Positions 38,431 to 50,102 of a stretch of 64,000 nucleotides of DNA are shown here, piece after piece. Numbering within the stretch: the first letter of the stretch is position 1; each line of letters opens with the position of its first letter. The notes under the pieces were generated by a model. The model was not told the DNA's origin. It worked only from the letters and a program-made list of their open reading frames with translations, and searched no databases. This DNA is from an uncultured Puniceicoccaceae bacterium (lineage in GTDB: Bacteria > Verrucomicrobiota > Verrucomicrobiia > Opitutales > Oceanipulchritudinaceae). Where the stretch lies: positions 5,758-69,757 of the forward strand of contig CAYFRH010000002.1 in the NCBI GenBank assembly GCA_964345345.1. The letters are read 5' to 3'. Made by a program: the position numbers and the translations under genes.

Positions 38431-39419
38431 TGGATGCCTTCCTCCTTTCGGGCAAGGTCCCAGCTTCGGCGGGTGGCGGTGAGGAAAATTTCCTCGAGAC
38501 TCGGGCTGAGGCGGCGAAAGGCCCGAACGCGGAGAATCCCCCCGGCGAGGAGGGCCTCGAGGACATCCTCACTCCGGCGCCCGTTGTTCCGGTGACGCAA
38601 ATCCACGCGAAAAGCGGAATTCTCCTGCAGTTCCTCGACGGAGCTTTCCCAGCCGGGGCCGAGTTCGTGCAGGCGTTGATCCAGTCTGGCGCGTTCGGCG
38701 ATGATCTCGCAACGGAACCGGGTGCCCGGAATAAACTCCTCGCGAAGTTCATCCGCCGTACCGGAAGCGACCAGTGCCCCGGCGTTGAGGATAAGGACCC
38801 GGTCGCAGGAAATTTCGACCTCGGCGAGAATATGGCTGGAAAAAATGACGGTGGTCTTGCCGCGAAGTTGATCGAGAAGGGAGCGGATGGCGAGAACCTG
38901 GTGCGGATCGAGTCCGATGGTAGGTTCATCGAGAATGGTCACGGGAGGGCATCCGAGGATGGCATCGGCGATGCCCACCCGTTGGCGGAAGCCCTTGGAG
39001 AGCGTGCCGATGATCCGGCGGCGGGTCTTGCGATGCAACTCGCAGACTTCCAGGGCTTTTTCCACTTCCCCGCGGCGTTTTCGCCGCGGAATTCCTTTGA
39101 TACGGGCACGGAAACGAAGGTATTCCTGCACCCGCATGTCCTCCGGCAGGGGATTGTTCTCCGGCATATAGCCGATGAGTCGGCGGACCTCATTTGAACT
39201 CGTGGCGACCGGAAGTCCGCAGACGGAGGCATATCCGGAATTCGCCCGTAGAATCCCTGTCAGGATTCGCAAGGTCGTGCTTTTCCCGGCCCCGTTCGGT
39301 CCGAGAAACCCCACGATTTCCCCTTGTGGAATCGTGAATGATAGGTCGGTGACGGCAGTGTGATTGCCAAACCTTTTGTTGAGATGGCGGGCTTCAATGC
39401 TGATGGCCGGCGGATCCAT
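38427..39419 (-). CDS. ABC transporter ATP-binding protein (GldA-like)
   Basis: GFLGPNGAGKST, GYMPE, LSKGFRQRVG, ILDEPTIGLDP, SSHIL.EV. Confidence 0.95.
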   Translation of the reverse strand: MDPPAISIEARHLNKRFGNHTAVTDLSFTIPQGEIVGFLGPNGAGKSTTLRILTGILRANSGYASVCGLPVATSSNEVRRLIGYMPENNPLPEDMRVQEYLRFRARIKGIPRRKRRGEVEKALEVCELHRKTRRRIIGTLSKGFRQRVGIADAILGCPPVTILDEPTIGLDPHQVLAIRSLLDQLRGKTTVIFSSHILAEVEISCDRVLILNAGALVASGTADELREEFIPGTRFRCEIIAERARLDQRLHELGPGWESSVEELQENSAFRVDLRHRNNGRRSEDVLEALLAGGILRVRAFRRLSPSLEEIFLTATRRSWDLARKEEGIQ

Positions 39420-39613
39420 GGTCGAAAATTGAGACGGCGGGAAAGAACCTCACGTTCGGAAGTTGGGAAGGCCCCAAAGGAAAAGCAAGCGTGCAGGCCG
39501 GGACCATGGAAAGGAGCCCGCGGAAACTCATGTCTGGTTCGATCAGGGAACGACTTCGCCGGCTCCAACAATGACGACTTTCATGTCATTCCGCATGAGC
39601 GAGGGAGCGGGCC

Positions 39614-42040
39614 TCAGGCTTCCTCGCCCTCGATTTCGACGATGCGGTTGAGGCCGATGAGCTTATCGTCATTCCCTAAATTGATCAGGCGCACACCCTG
39701 GGTGGTCCGACCGATGATCCGGACCTCCTTGACGCGGGTGCGCACGGCCTGGCCGTTATTGGTGAGGAGCATGATTTCATCGTCTTCGCTGACGCTGAGG
39801 GCGCCGGCCACCCCGGAGGTCTTCATGGCGATGATCCCGCTGCCACCGCGCTTCTGCTGGCGGTACTGGTCGAAGGCGGTACGTTTGCCCTGGCCGTTCT
39901 GGCCCGCGATGAGGAGGGTCTCGTTCTCTTTCACGACCTCGATGGTGACGACGTAATCGTCCGCGCCCTTGAGGGTGATTCCGCGGACCCCGCGCGTGGC
40001 GCGGCCCTGGTCGCGAAGGTCGGTTTCATGGAAGCGGATGGACATGCCCTTGCGGGTGATCATGCAGAGATCGTCGTCCCCGTTGGTCAGCTTCGTGCCG
40101 ACGAGGGCGTCCCCCTCGTCGATGTTGATGCCGATGATGCCTCCCTTGCGGGCGTTGCGGTATTCGGCGAGATTGGATTTTTTTACGATGCCTTTCCGCG
40201 TCGCCATAACGAGGTGGTAGGTCTCGTCGAATTCCTTGATGGGGATCATGGAGGCGATGAACTCGTCCTTCTGCAGCTGCAGGACATTGGCGATGCTGCG
40301 TCCTTTGGAGACGCGGGTGCCCTCGGGGATGTCGAAGACTTTCTCCACGTAGACCCGCCCCCTGTTCGTAAAGAAGAGCATGGTGTCATGTGTGCTCGCC
40401 GTGAAAAGCCGCTCGACGAAATCCTCGTCGTGGGCACCGGCGCCGATGACGCCCTTGCCGCCTCGTTTCTGCGCGCGGAAGCTGCTCACGGGCGTGCGTT
40501 TGATAAAGCCCTTGTGCGAAAGGATGACGCAGCAACCTTCGTTCACGATCAGATCCTCCATCCGGAATTCTCCTTCGGCGGGGAGGAGCTGGGTGCGCCG
40601 CGGGGTGGCGTACTTTTCCTTCAGCTCAAGCAGTTCGTCTTTGATGACGGACAGGAGCCGGGCCTCGTTGGCGAGAATCTCCCGCAGTTCCTCGATCAGC
40701 TTGAGAAGCTCAAGGTATTCCGCCTCGATTTTTTCCCGCTCCAGCCCGGTCAGCTGGTAGAGGCGCATGTCGAGGATGGCGTCGGTCTGCTTCACGGAAA
40801 GCGGGTACTTCTCCATGAGGCGGGTTTTGGCTTCGTCCCGGTTGCGGGAGGCGCGGATGATGCGGACGAAATCGTCAAGATTGTCGAGGGCGATCTTGAG
40901 CCCCTCCAGGATGTGGGCGCGGGCCTCCGCTTTGGCTTTGCGGAATTCGGAACGCCGCCGGATGACCTCGCGGCGGTGCTCGAGGTAGACCTCAAGCAGT
41001 TCCTTGATATTCATTTCCTTGGGCCGACGGTCGACAAGGGCGAGGAGAATGACCCCGAAGGAGGATTCCAGCGGAGTGTGCTTGAAAAGTTTGTTGACGA
41101 CCACCCGCGGGGCTTCCCCCCGCTTGAGCTCAATGACGATGCGGGTGTTTTCATCCGACTCGTCGCGCAGGTCGCTGATCCCTTCGACCACCTTGTTGGA
41201 GACAAGGTCGGCAATGCGGGTGACTAAATTGGCTCGATTGACGGCATAGGGGATTTCGGTGATGACGAGCTGTTCTTTTCCCTGTTTGAGTTCCTCGGTA
41301 TGAATGGCTCCGCGCATGCGGACAATGCCGCGCCCGGTGGACATGTATTTGCGGATGCCCTCGATTCCCATGACGGCACCACCGGTGGGAAAATCAGGTC
41401 CTTTAATGAGGTCGGCAAAATCCTCCGGTGCCATGGAAGGCTTGTCGATCAGGGCACAGCAACCGTCGATCAGCTCACCGAGATTGTGCGGCGGGATGTT
41501 GGTGGTCATGCCAACGGCAATGCCGGTGGAACCGTTCATGAGGAGGCTGGGCAAACCGGCCGGTAACACCGAGGGTTCGGTGGTGTCCTCCTTGTAGTTG
41601 GGAACGAAATCGACGGTGTTTTCGTCAATTTGGCGGATGAGGTCCTCGGCCGCGTTGGTGAGGCGACATTCGGTGTACCGGTAAGCGGCGGGCGGATCCC
41701 CGTCGATGGAGCCGAAGTTCCCCTGCGGTTCGACCATCGGAACCCGCATAACCCAGCTCTGGGCCATGCGGACAAGGGTGTCGTAGACGGAGACGTCCCC
41801 GTGCGGATGATACTTTCCCAGCACCTCCCCGACCACGGCCGCGCATTTGTCGAAACTGCGGTTATGGAAGAGGCCCTGGCGGTACATGGCGTAGAGGATC
41901 CTCCGATGGACCGGCTTGAGACCGTCCCGGGCATCCGGAAGGGCGCGACTGATGATGACCGACATCGAGTAATCGATGTAGGCCCGTTCCATCACATCGG
42001 TGATGTTCGAATGGAGAAGCTTTTCCTTTTCGTTATACAT
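39614..42040 (-). CDS. gyrA: DNA gyrase subunit A
   Basis: LPDARDGLKPVHRRIL, KYHPHGD, GNFGSIDGDPPAAYRYTE, GIAVGM.TNIPPHNL, GyrA-box QKRGGKG. Confidence 0.97.
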   Translation of the reverse strand: MYNEKEKLLHSNITDVMERAYIDYSMSVIISRALPDARDGLKPVHRRILYAMYRQGLFHNRSFDKCAAVVGEVLGKYHPHGDVSVYDTLVRMAQSWVMRVPMVEPQGNFGSIDGDPPAAYRYTECRLTNAAEDLIRQIDENTVDFVPNYKEDTTEPSVLPAGLPSLLMNGSTGIAVGMTTNIPPHNLGELIDGCCALIDKPSMAPEDFADLIKGPDFPTGGAVMGIEGIRKYMSTGRGIVRMRGAIHTEELKQGKEQLVITEIPYAVNRANLVTRIADLVSNKVVEGISDLRDESDENTRIVIELKRGEAPRVVVNKLFKHTPLESSFGVILLALVDRRPKEMNIKELLEVYLEHRREVIRRRSEFRKAKAEARAHILEGLKIALDNLDDFVRIIRASRNRDEAKTRLMEKYPLSVKQTDAILDMRLYQLTGLEREKIEAEYLELLKLIEELREILANEARLLSVIKDELLELKEKYATPRRTQLLPAEGEFRMEDLIVNEGCCVILSHKGFIKRTPVSSFRAQKRGGKGVIGAGAHDEDFVERLFTASTHDTMLFFTNRGRVYVEKVFDIPEGTRVSKGRSIANVLQLQKDEFIASMIPIKEFDETYHLVMATRKGIVKKSNLAEYRNARKGGIIGINIDEGDALVGTKLTNGDDDLCMITRKGMSIRFHETDLRDQGRATRGVRGITLKGADDYVVTIEVVKENETLLIAGQNGQGKRTAFDQYRQQKRGGSGIIAMKTSGVAGALSVSEDDEIMLLTNNGQAVRTRVKEVRIIGRTTQGVRLINLGNDDKLIGLNRIVEIEGEEA

Positions 42041-42061
42041 GGCGACCCGCGGTTGGGGCGA

Positions 42062-45318
<3,257 letters not shown>

Positions 45319-45388
45319 GACGAACAAGTAAACCTCAAGCTTTCACGGAGAAGGGCTGTTGGGCAAATCCGGAATCGGTGGTGGGTGG

Positions 45389-45422
45389 AAAAAGGCCCGG
45401 CCGGAAAAGATCCGGCCGGGCC
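45389..45422 (-). terminator. Intrinsic terminator after pnp
   Basis: 12-bp perfect stem GGCCCGGCCGGA/TCCGGCCGGGCC with a 5-nt loop, followed on the minus strand by TTTTT. Confidence 0.85.
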
Positions 45423-45450
45423 CTGCCTGAGAAAAAAGAGAAGAAAAGGC

Positions 45451-47835
45451 TTACTCTTCTGTGCCTTCGGATGGTTTTTGCGCGTTGTCGCCATTGCCGC
45501 CCTCGTCTTCACGATCGCGACGACGGGGTGCCCGGCGGCGTCGTGGCGGGCGACTGGAACGGTCTCCACGATCCCCGCGCTGACGGCGGTCTCCACGGTC
45601 CCCGCGATCCCCACGTTCACGGCGGTCCCCTCCGCGACCTCCGCCGTCGTCAGGTTCCGACTTGGCCTTTTCTCTGGCGGCATCGACTTTTTCGCTGATT
45701 TCGTCACCTTCGCCATCGCGGTCGGCCAGCGCGGCGACGCGGCTCAGGCGGACGCGGCCCTTGTCGTCGATACCGATACATTTGACCCACATGGAGTCCC
45801 CCATGCTGCAGACGTCCTCGACGCGATTGATGCGGAAGTCAGCCAGCTCCGAAACGTGGACGAGGCCTTCCTTGCCGGGAATGCACTCCACGAAAACACC
45901 GAATTCTTTCACTCCGCGAACGGTGCCATGGTAGAGCTTGCCCTCCTCGATTTCGGCGGTGAGCATCTCGATCTCCTCGACGGCGCGGGCCATCGCGGGT
46001 CCGCTGGTGGCGTAAATATCGATGCGACCGGAGTTGTCTTCGTTAATGTCCACTTCCGCGCCGGAGACTTCGCAGATGCGGCGGATCGTTTTGCCGCCCG
46101 GGCCGATGATCGCCCCGATTTTGTCCGGGTCGATCTGGACGGACTGGATGCGCGGGGCATACGGGCTCAGTTCCTCGCGCGGCTTGTCGATGACTCCGCT
46201 CATAATCTCAAGGATCTTCATGCGGAGTTCGCGGTTGCGCTCGATGGCTTCGGCGGCGATCTCGTAGGGAAGCCCCGGGATTTTCAGGTCGAGTTGAAAA
46301 CCGGTGATGCCGTTGCGGGTGCCACAAATCTTGAAGTCCATGTCCCCGAAGTGGTCCTCCGCCCCGATGATGTCGGAGAGAACGACATGACTGGCGAGCT
46401 TCTGGTTCTCGTCGAATCGGGTCACGAGTCCGCAGGAAATTCCCGCCACCATGTCGGAGATGGGGACCCCCGCGTCCATGAGGGAAAGACAGCCGCCGCA
46501 GACCGAAGCCATGGAGGTCGAACCGTTCGATTCCATGATTTCAGAGACGAGCCGGACCGTGTAGGGAAATTCGTCCTCGGCAGGGAGAATGGGCAGAAGA
46601 GACCTTTCCGCGAGGGCGCCGTGCCCGATCTCGCGTCTTCCCGGACCCATGATCCGACCGGTTTCCCCCACGGAATAATTCGGAAAATTGTAGTGGAGGA
46701 GGAAGCTTTTCTCGCGCGGCCCACCAGTGATTCCGTCCATGCTCTGGTTGTCGCTGCGCGAGCCAAGGGTCGTAAAGACAAGGCCCTGGGTTTCGCCGCG
46801 CTGGAAAAGAGCAGAGCCGTGAACGCGCGGAAGTAGGCCGATCTGGCATTCGATGTCGCGGAGGTCCTCGGGAGAACGCCCATCGGCGCGCTTGCCGGCA
46901 TCGAGAATGTTTTCGCGGTAGATTTCCTCCTGAAGATCTTCGAAGGCAAGCATGAGCTGATCTTTGTCAAATTCCTCCTCCCCGTCGCGCTCGATCATTT
47001 TCTGTTTCACCTCCTCCTTCAGGACGTCCATGGCGGCTCCGCGCTCGGCCTTGGAGGGGAGAAAGACGGCCTCGGCGAGGCGTTCGCTGACGATCTCGCG
47101 GGTGAAGGCGAGGTTCTCCGGTGTTACTTTGAAGAGGTCGAAGGTTTTCTTCTCCTTGCCGGCGAGGCGGGCCAGTTCCTTCTGGGCCTCGATGATCGGC
47201 TGGATGGCTTCCTGCGCGAATTTGAGGGCGGCGAGAAAGGTTTCCTCGGGAATTTCTTCGGCCCCGCCCTCGATCATGAGCATCTCCTTTTCGTTGCCGA
47301 CGTAAATGAGGTCGAGTTCGGATTCGTACTGTTCCTCGTGGGTTGGATTGATGACGAACTCGTCCTCGACGAGGCCGAGCCGGATGCAACCGATAGGACC
47401 ATTCCATGGAATGTCCGAGCAAAGCAGGGCGGCCGAAGCGGCGTTGACGAGGAGAACGTCCGGTTCGTTGATAAGGTCCGCGGTTAGCAGGAGTCCCTGA
47501 ACTTGGACTTCATTGAAAAAGCCCTTTGGGAAGAGCGGGCGCAGGGGTCGGTCGGTCAGACGGCAGGTCAGGATTTCCTTTTCCGAGGGCCGGCCTTCTC
47601 GTTTAAAAAATCCTCCGGGCATCCTTCCTGCGGCGGAAAATTTTTCCCGGTAATCGACGGTCAGGGGAAAAAAGTCCTGCCCTTCGCGGAGGGTCGCGGC
47701 CGCAGTGGCGGCGACGAAGACGTTGGTCTCACCTTTTCTGATGGTGACGGACCCGTTTGCTTGTTTGGCGAGGGTACCGGTCTGAAAAGTCAGGCCGTAG
47801 TCCTCGACGTGGACAACGTGTTTTTGTTCTAACAT
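45451..47835 (-). CDS. pnp: Polyribonucleotide nucleotidyltransferase with RG/D-rich C-terminal extension
   Basis: [74 protein letters not shown] ([10 protein letters not shown]) and S1 (FVE...KEGLVHVSE) domains. Confidence 0.97.
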   Translation of the reverse strand: MLEQKHVVHVEDYGLTFQTGTLAKQANGSVTIRKGETNVFVAATAAATLREGQDFFPLTVDYREKFSAAGRMPGGFFKREGRPSEKEILTCRLTDRPLRPLFPKGFFNEVQVQGLLLTADLINEPDVLLVNAASAALLCSDIPWNGPIGCIRLGLVEDEFVINPTHEEQYESELDLIYVGNEKEMLMIEGGAEEIPEETFLAALKFAQEAIQPIIEAQKELARLAGKEKKTFDLFKVTPENLAFTREIVSERLAEAVFLPSKAERGAAMDVLKEEVKQKMIERDGEEEFDKDQLMLAFEDLQEEIYRENILDAGKRADGRSPEDLRDIECQIGLLPRVHGSALFQRGETQGLVFTTLGSRSDNQSMDGITGGPREKSFLLHYNFPNYSVGETGRIMGPGRREIGHGALAERSLLPILPAEDEFPYTVRLVSEIMESNGSTSMASVCGGCLSLMDAGVPISDMVAGISCGLVTRFDENQKLASHVVLSDIIGAEDHFGDMDFKICGTRNGITGFQLDLKIPGLPYEIAAEAIERNRELRMKILEIMSGVIDKPREELSPYAPRIQSVQIDPDKIGAIIGPGGKTIRRICEVSGAEVDINEDNSGRIDIYATSGPAMARAVEEIEMLTAEIEEGKLYHGTVRGVKEFGVFVECIPGKEGLVHVSELADFRINRVEDVCSMGDSMWVKCIGIDDKGRVRLSRVAALADRDGEGDEISEKVDAAREKAKSEPDDGGGRGGDRRERGDRGDRGDRRQRGDRGDRSSRPPRRRRAPRRRDREDEGGNGDNAQKPSEGTEE

Positions 47836-47845
47836 GGGGATTGTG

Positions 47846-47934
47846 CGTCCCCGGCAAACCGGCTTTAGGAAGTTCGCCTGCCAGGCGGGGCCGGGCAGGC
47901 GGACTTCCTACAGCGTGCGGGTCGTTCGGGGACG
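47846..47934 (-). promoter_or_regulatory. Structured pnp 5' leader (long stem-loop)
   Basis: Stem TAGGAAGT-x-CGCCTGCC / GGCAGGCG-x-ACTTCCTA (47866-47910) inside an outer CGTCCCCG/CGGGGACG pair (47846-47853 with 47927-47934). Confidence 0.6.
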
Positions 47935-47984
47935 ATGCTTTTGGATGGGATTGGGCCGGAAAGCCGGCGAAGCGGCAGCGCTGA

Positions 47985-48254
47985 TCAGCGGCGCAGCTTC
48001 AGGCGTTCCAACAGTTGCTTGTATTTCTCCAGATCATGCCGTTTGACATAATCGAGGAGTTTCCGGCGGCGGCTGGTCATGGCGATGAGGCCGCGCCGGC
48101 TGTGGTAGTCTTTGCGATGCGTGCGCAAGTGCTGGGTGAGGTGGGCGATGCGATGCGTCAGCAGGGCGATCTGCACCTCCTCGGAACCCGTGTCGGACTC
48201 ATGAGCCCGGTACTCGTTAATAACGGATGATTTATCGATGTTTGTGGATGCCAT
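47985..48254 (-). CDS. rpsO: 30S ribosomal protein S15
   Basis: HESDTGSEEVQIALLTHRI..LT.HL..H.KD.HSRRGL......RRKLL.Y, L.RLKLRR. Confidence 0.97.
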   Translation of the reverse strand: MASTNIDKSSVINEYRAHESDTGSEEVQIALLTHRIAHLTQHLRTHRKDYHSRRGLIAMTSRRRKLLDYVKRHDLEKYKQLLERLKLRR

Positions 48255-48406
48255 TCCAATTAGAGAAGTTCACGGCGCGAGAATGGATCGTTTGACCCAT
48301 CGAAGGGCTCGCCGGAGCCAGCCCAACCGTCTGCGTCCCGTGGAAGCGGGACCGCCGCGGAAGCAGGATGCAGCGACCCGGCTTCTTGACGCGAAGGGGT
48401 GAAAAC

Positions 48407-48435
48407 TGAATAGCCTTTGCCGGATGGCAAGGCAA
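48407..48435 (-). promoter_or_regulatory. Candidate sigma70 promoter for rpsO-pnp
   Basis: Minus strand TTGCCT-N17-TATTCA, giving a leader of about 145 nt before rpsO. Confidence 0.55.
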
Positions 48436-48458
48436 AACTGGAGTTCTCGCGACGGAGA

Positions 48459-49247
48459 TCAGCTGTGAAGGGCGCGGGCGGCTTCCACTCTTTCGGCGAG
48501 TCGGTCCCAGTTCACGACGGACCAGAAATTTTCCACGTAGTCGGCGCGGCGGTTCTGGTACTTCAGGTAGTAGGCATGTTCCCAGACATCGAGGGTGAGA
48601 AGAGGTACAATCCCCCATTGGGTCCGGTTCTGGTGCTTCTCCGCCTGCAGGACCAGCAGCCGGTCGCCGACGGGCTGGTAGCCAAGGATGCCCCATCCGC
48701 TGCCTTCGACCGTGCGTGCGGCGGCGCTGAAGTGGCTCTTGAAGGAATCGAGCGATCCGAATTCCTTTTCGAGCGTTTTGCGCAGGTTTCCTGACGGCCG
48801 GGTGGAACCGGCGGGGGCGAGGCCGTCGAAAAAGACCAGATGCAGCATGTAACCGGCACCGTGAAAGGCGAGCTTACCCTCCCAGTGCTGGACAAGGGCG
48901 TAGTCCCCGCTTTCGCGGGCGGCGGCCAGTTTTTCAAGGGCGCCGTTGAGTCCGTCGGTGTAACCCTGGAAGTGAAGGTCGTGGTGAAGGCGCGTGGTCT
49001 GGCCATCAATAGCCGGCTCAAGAGCGTCGTAATCGTAGGGCAGCTCGGGAAGCTGGTAGTTGCCGGTGGCATCGACCGGGGCGGAAAAAAGGTCGACGCC
49101 CTTGGCTTTGTCCCCGTGGCTCATGGCCGCGGCCGAGGCAGGGGCAAGGCCAGCCGCGCCGAGGGCGGCAAGGCCAAGGGAGCTTTGGCCGAGAAAACGG
49201 CGGCGGGCAAGGTTGACTTCGGAGGAGGAATCGTTGGCTGACTTCAT
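48459..49247 (-). CDS. Fe/Mn superoxide dismutase with twin-arginine signal peptide
   Basis: ARRRFL..SSLGLAALGAAGLAPASAAA signal, YQLPELPYDYDALEP, HHDLH..Y, GSGWGIL, LDVWEHAYYLKYQNRR..YV..FW.VVNW. Confidence 0.93.
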   Translation of the reverse strand: MKSANDSSSEVNLARRRFLGQSSLGLAALGAAGLAPASAAAMSHGDKAKGVDLFSAPVDATGNYQLPELPYDYDALEPAIDGQTTRLHHDLHFQGYTDGLNGALEKLAAARESGDYALVQHWEGKLAFHGAGYMLHLVFFDGLAPAGSTRPSGNLRKTLEKEFGSLDSFKSHFSAAARTVEGSGWGILGYQPVGDRLLVLQAEKHQNRTQWGIVPLLTLDVWEHAYYLKYQNRRADYVENFWSVVNWDRLAERVEAARALHS

Positions 49248-49289
49248 GGTGTAGGTAGGTTGAGGTGGAAGGTAACGGATGCCGCCCGG

Positions 49290-50045
49290 TCAAAGAGGGC
49301 ATCCGGTTTCGAAGAAAGTGGCCGGAAGGTCGAATCGCCGGGCAACTTCGCCGGCGAGGGCGCGCACGCCATAGGTTTCCGTGGCGTAGTGGCCGCAGCA
49401 ATACAAATTGAGCTCGTTCTCCTGGGCGTAGGTAAAATGCTCCTGTCGGAGTTCGCCGGTGACGAGGGTATCGGTGCCGGCCTCTTTCAGGAAGGGAAGG
49501 GCACTCCGGCCCGAGCCGGTAAGGATCGCGACGTTCCGCAGTTCCGGGGACCCGAACTCCATCGCCGTGACGCCTTCCCCGAACTCCTTGTGCAGGCGGG
49601 AGAGCAGCTCTCCACGGTCGGGCGGGGCGTCGGCGAGAAGGGCCACGGGGGTATCGCCGACGGGCAGGAAAAAATCCCGCGTGGTGAGCCCAAGGGCTTC
49701 CGCGAGAAGGCGGTTGTTACCGATTTCCGGATGCGCGTCGAGAGGCAGGTGGGAGCTGTACACGGCGAGATTTCCGTCCATGGCGGTTTTCAATTTCCGG
49801 TAAAGGGGACCGCTGTAGGTTTCCGGGCGAGCCCAAAGCATGCCATGGTGGACGAGGAGGAAATTCACGCCCGCCTCTACCGCCATCCGGAATGCGGCCT
49901 CGCTGGCGTCGACGGCGGCGGCGACGGAGGTAATGGTGCCGTTGTTTTCGAGCTGCAGCCCATTGCAGGAGCCGGGGAAATCTTCGATGTCCCGGCGACG
50001 GGTGCGTTCATCACAGTAGGCGACGATGTCGGGCAGTGAAGCCAT
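49290..50045 (-). CDS. Nif3-like dinuclear metal-centre protein (YbgI family)
   Basis: NGLQL, AAVDAS, LLVHHG, YSSHLPLDAHPEIGNN, LVTGE, CGHYATET.GV.AL. Confidence 0.92.
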   Translation of the reverse strand: MASLPDIVAYCDERTRRRDIEDFPGSCNGLQLENNGTITSVAAAVDASEAAFRMAVEAGVNFLLVHHGMLWARPETYSGPLYRKLKTAMDGNLAVYSSHLPLDAHPEIGNNRLLAEALGLTTRDFFLPVGDTPVALLADAPPDRGELLSRLHKEFGEGVTAMEFGSPELRNVAILTGSGRSALPFLKEAGTDTLVTGELRQEHFTYAQENELNLYCCGHYATETYGVRALAGEVARRFDLPATFFETGCPL

Positions 50046-50102
50046 AAGGAAAAAAATTACGAAGGCGGCGCGAATCTTCAAGGTTCAAGAGCGGGGCGAG
50101 GT

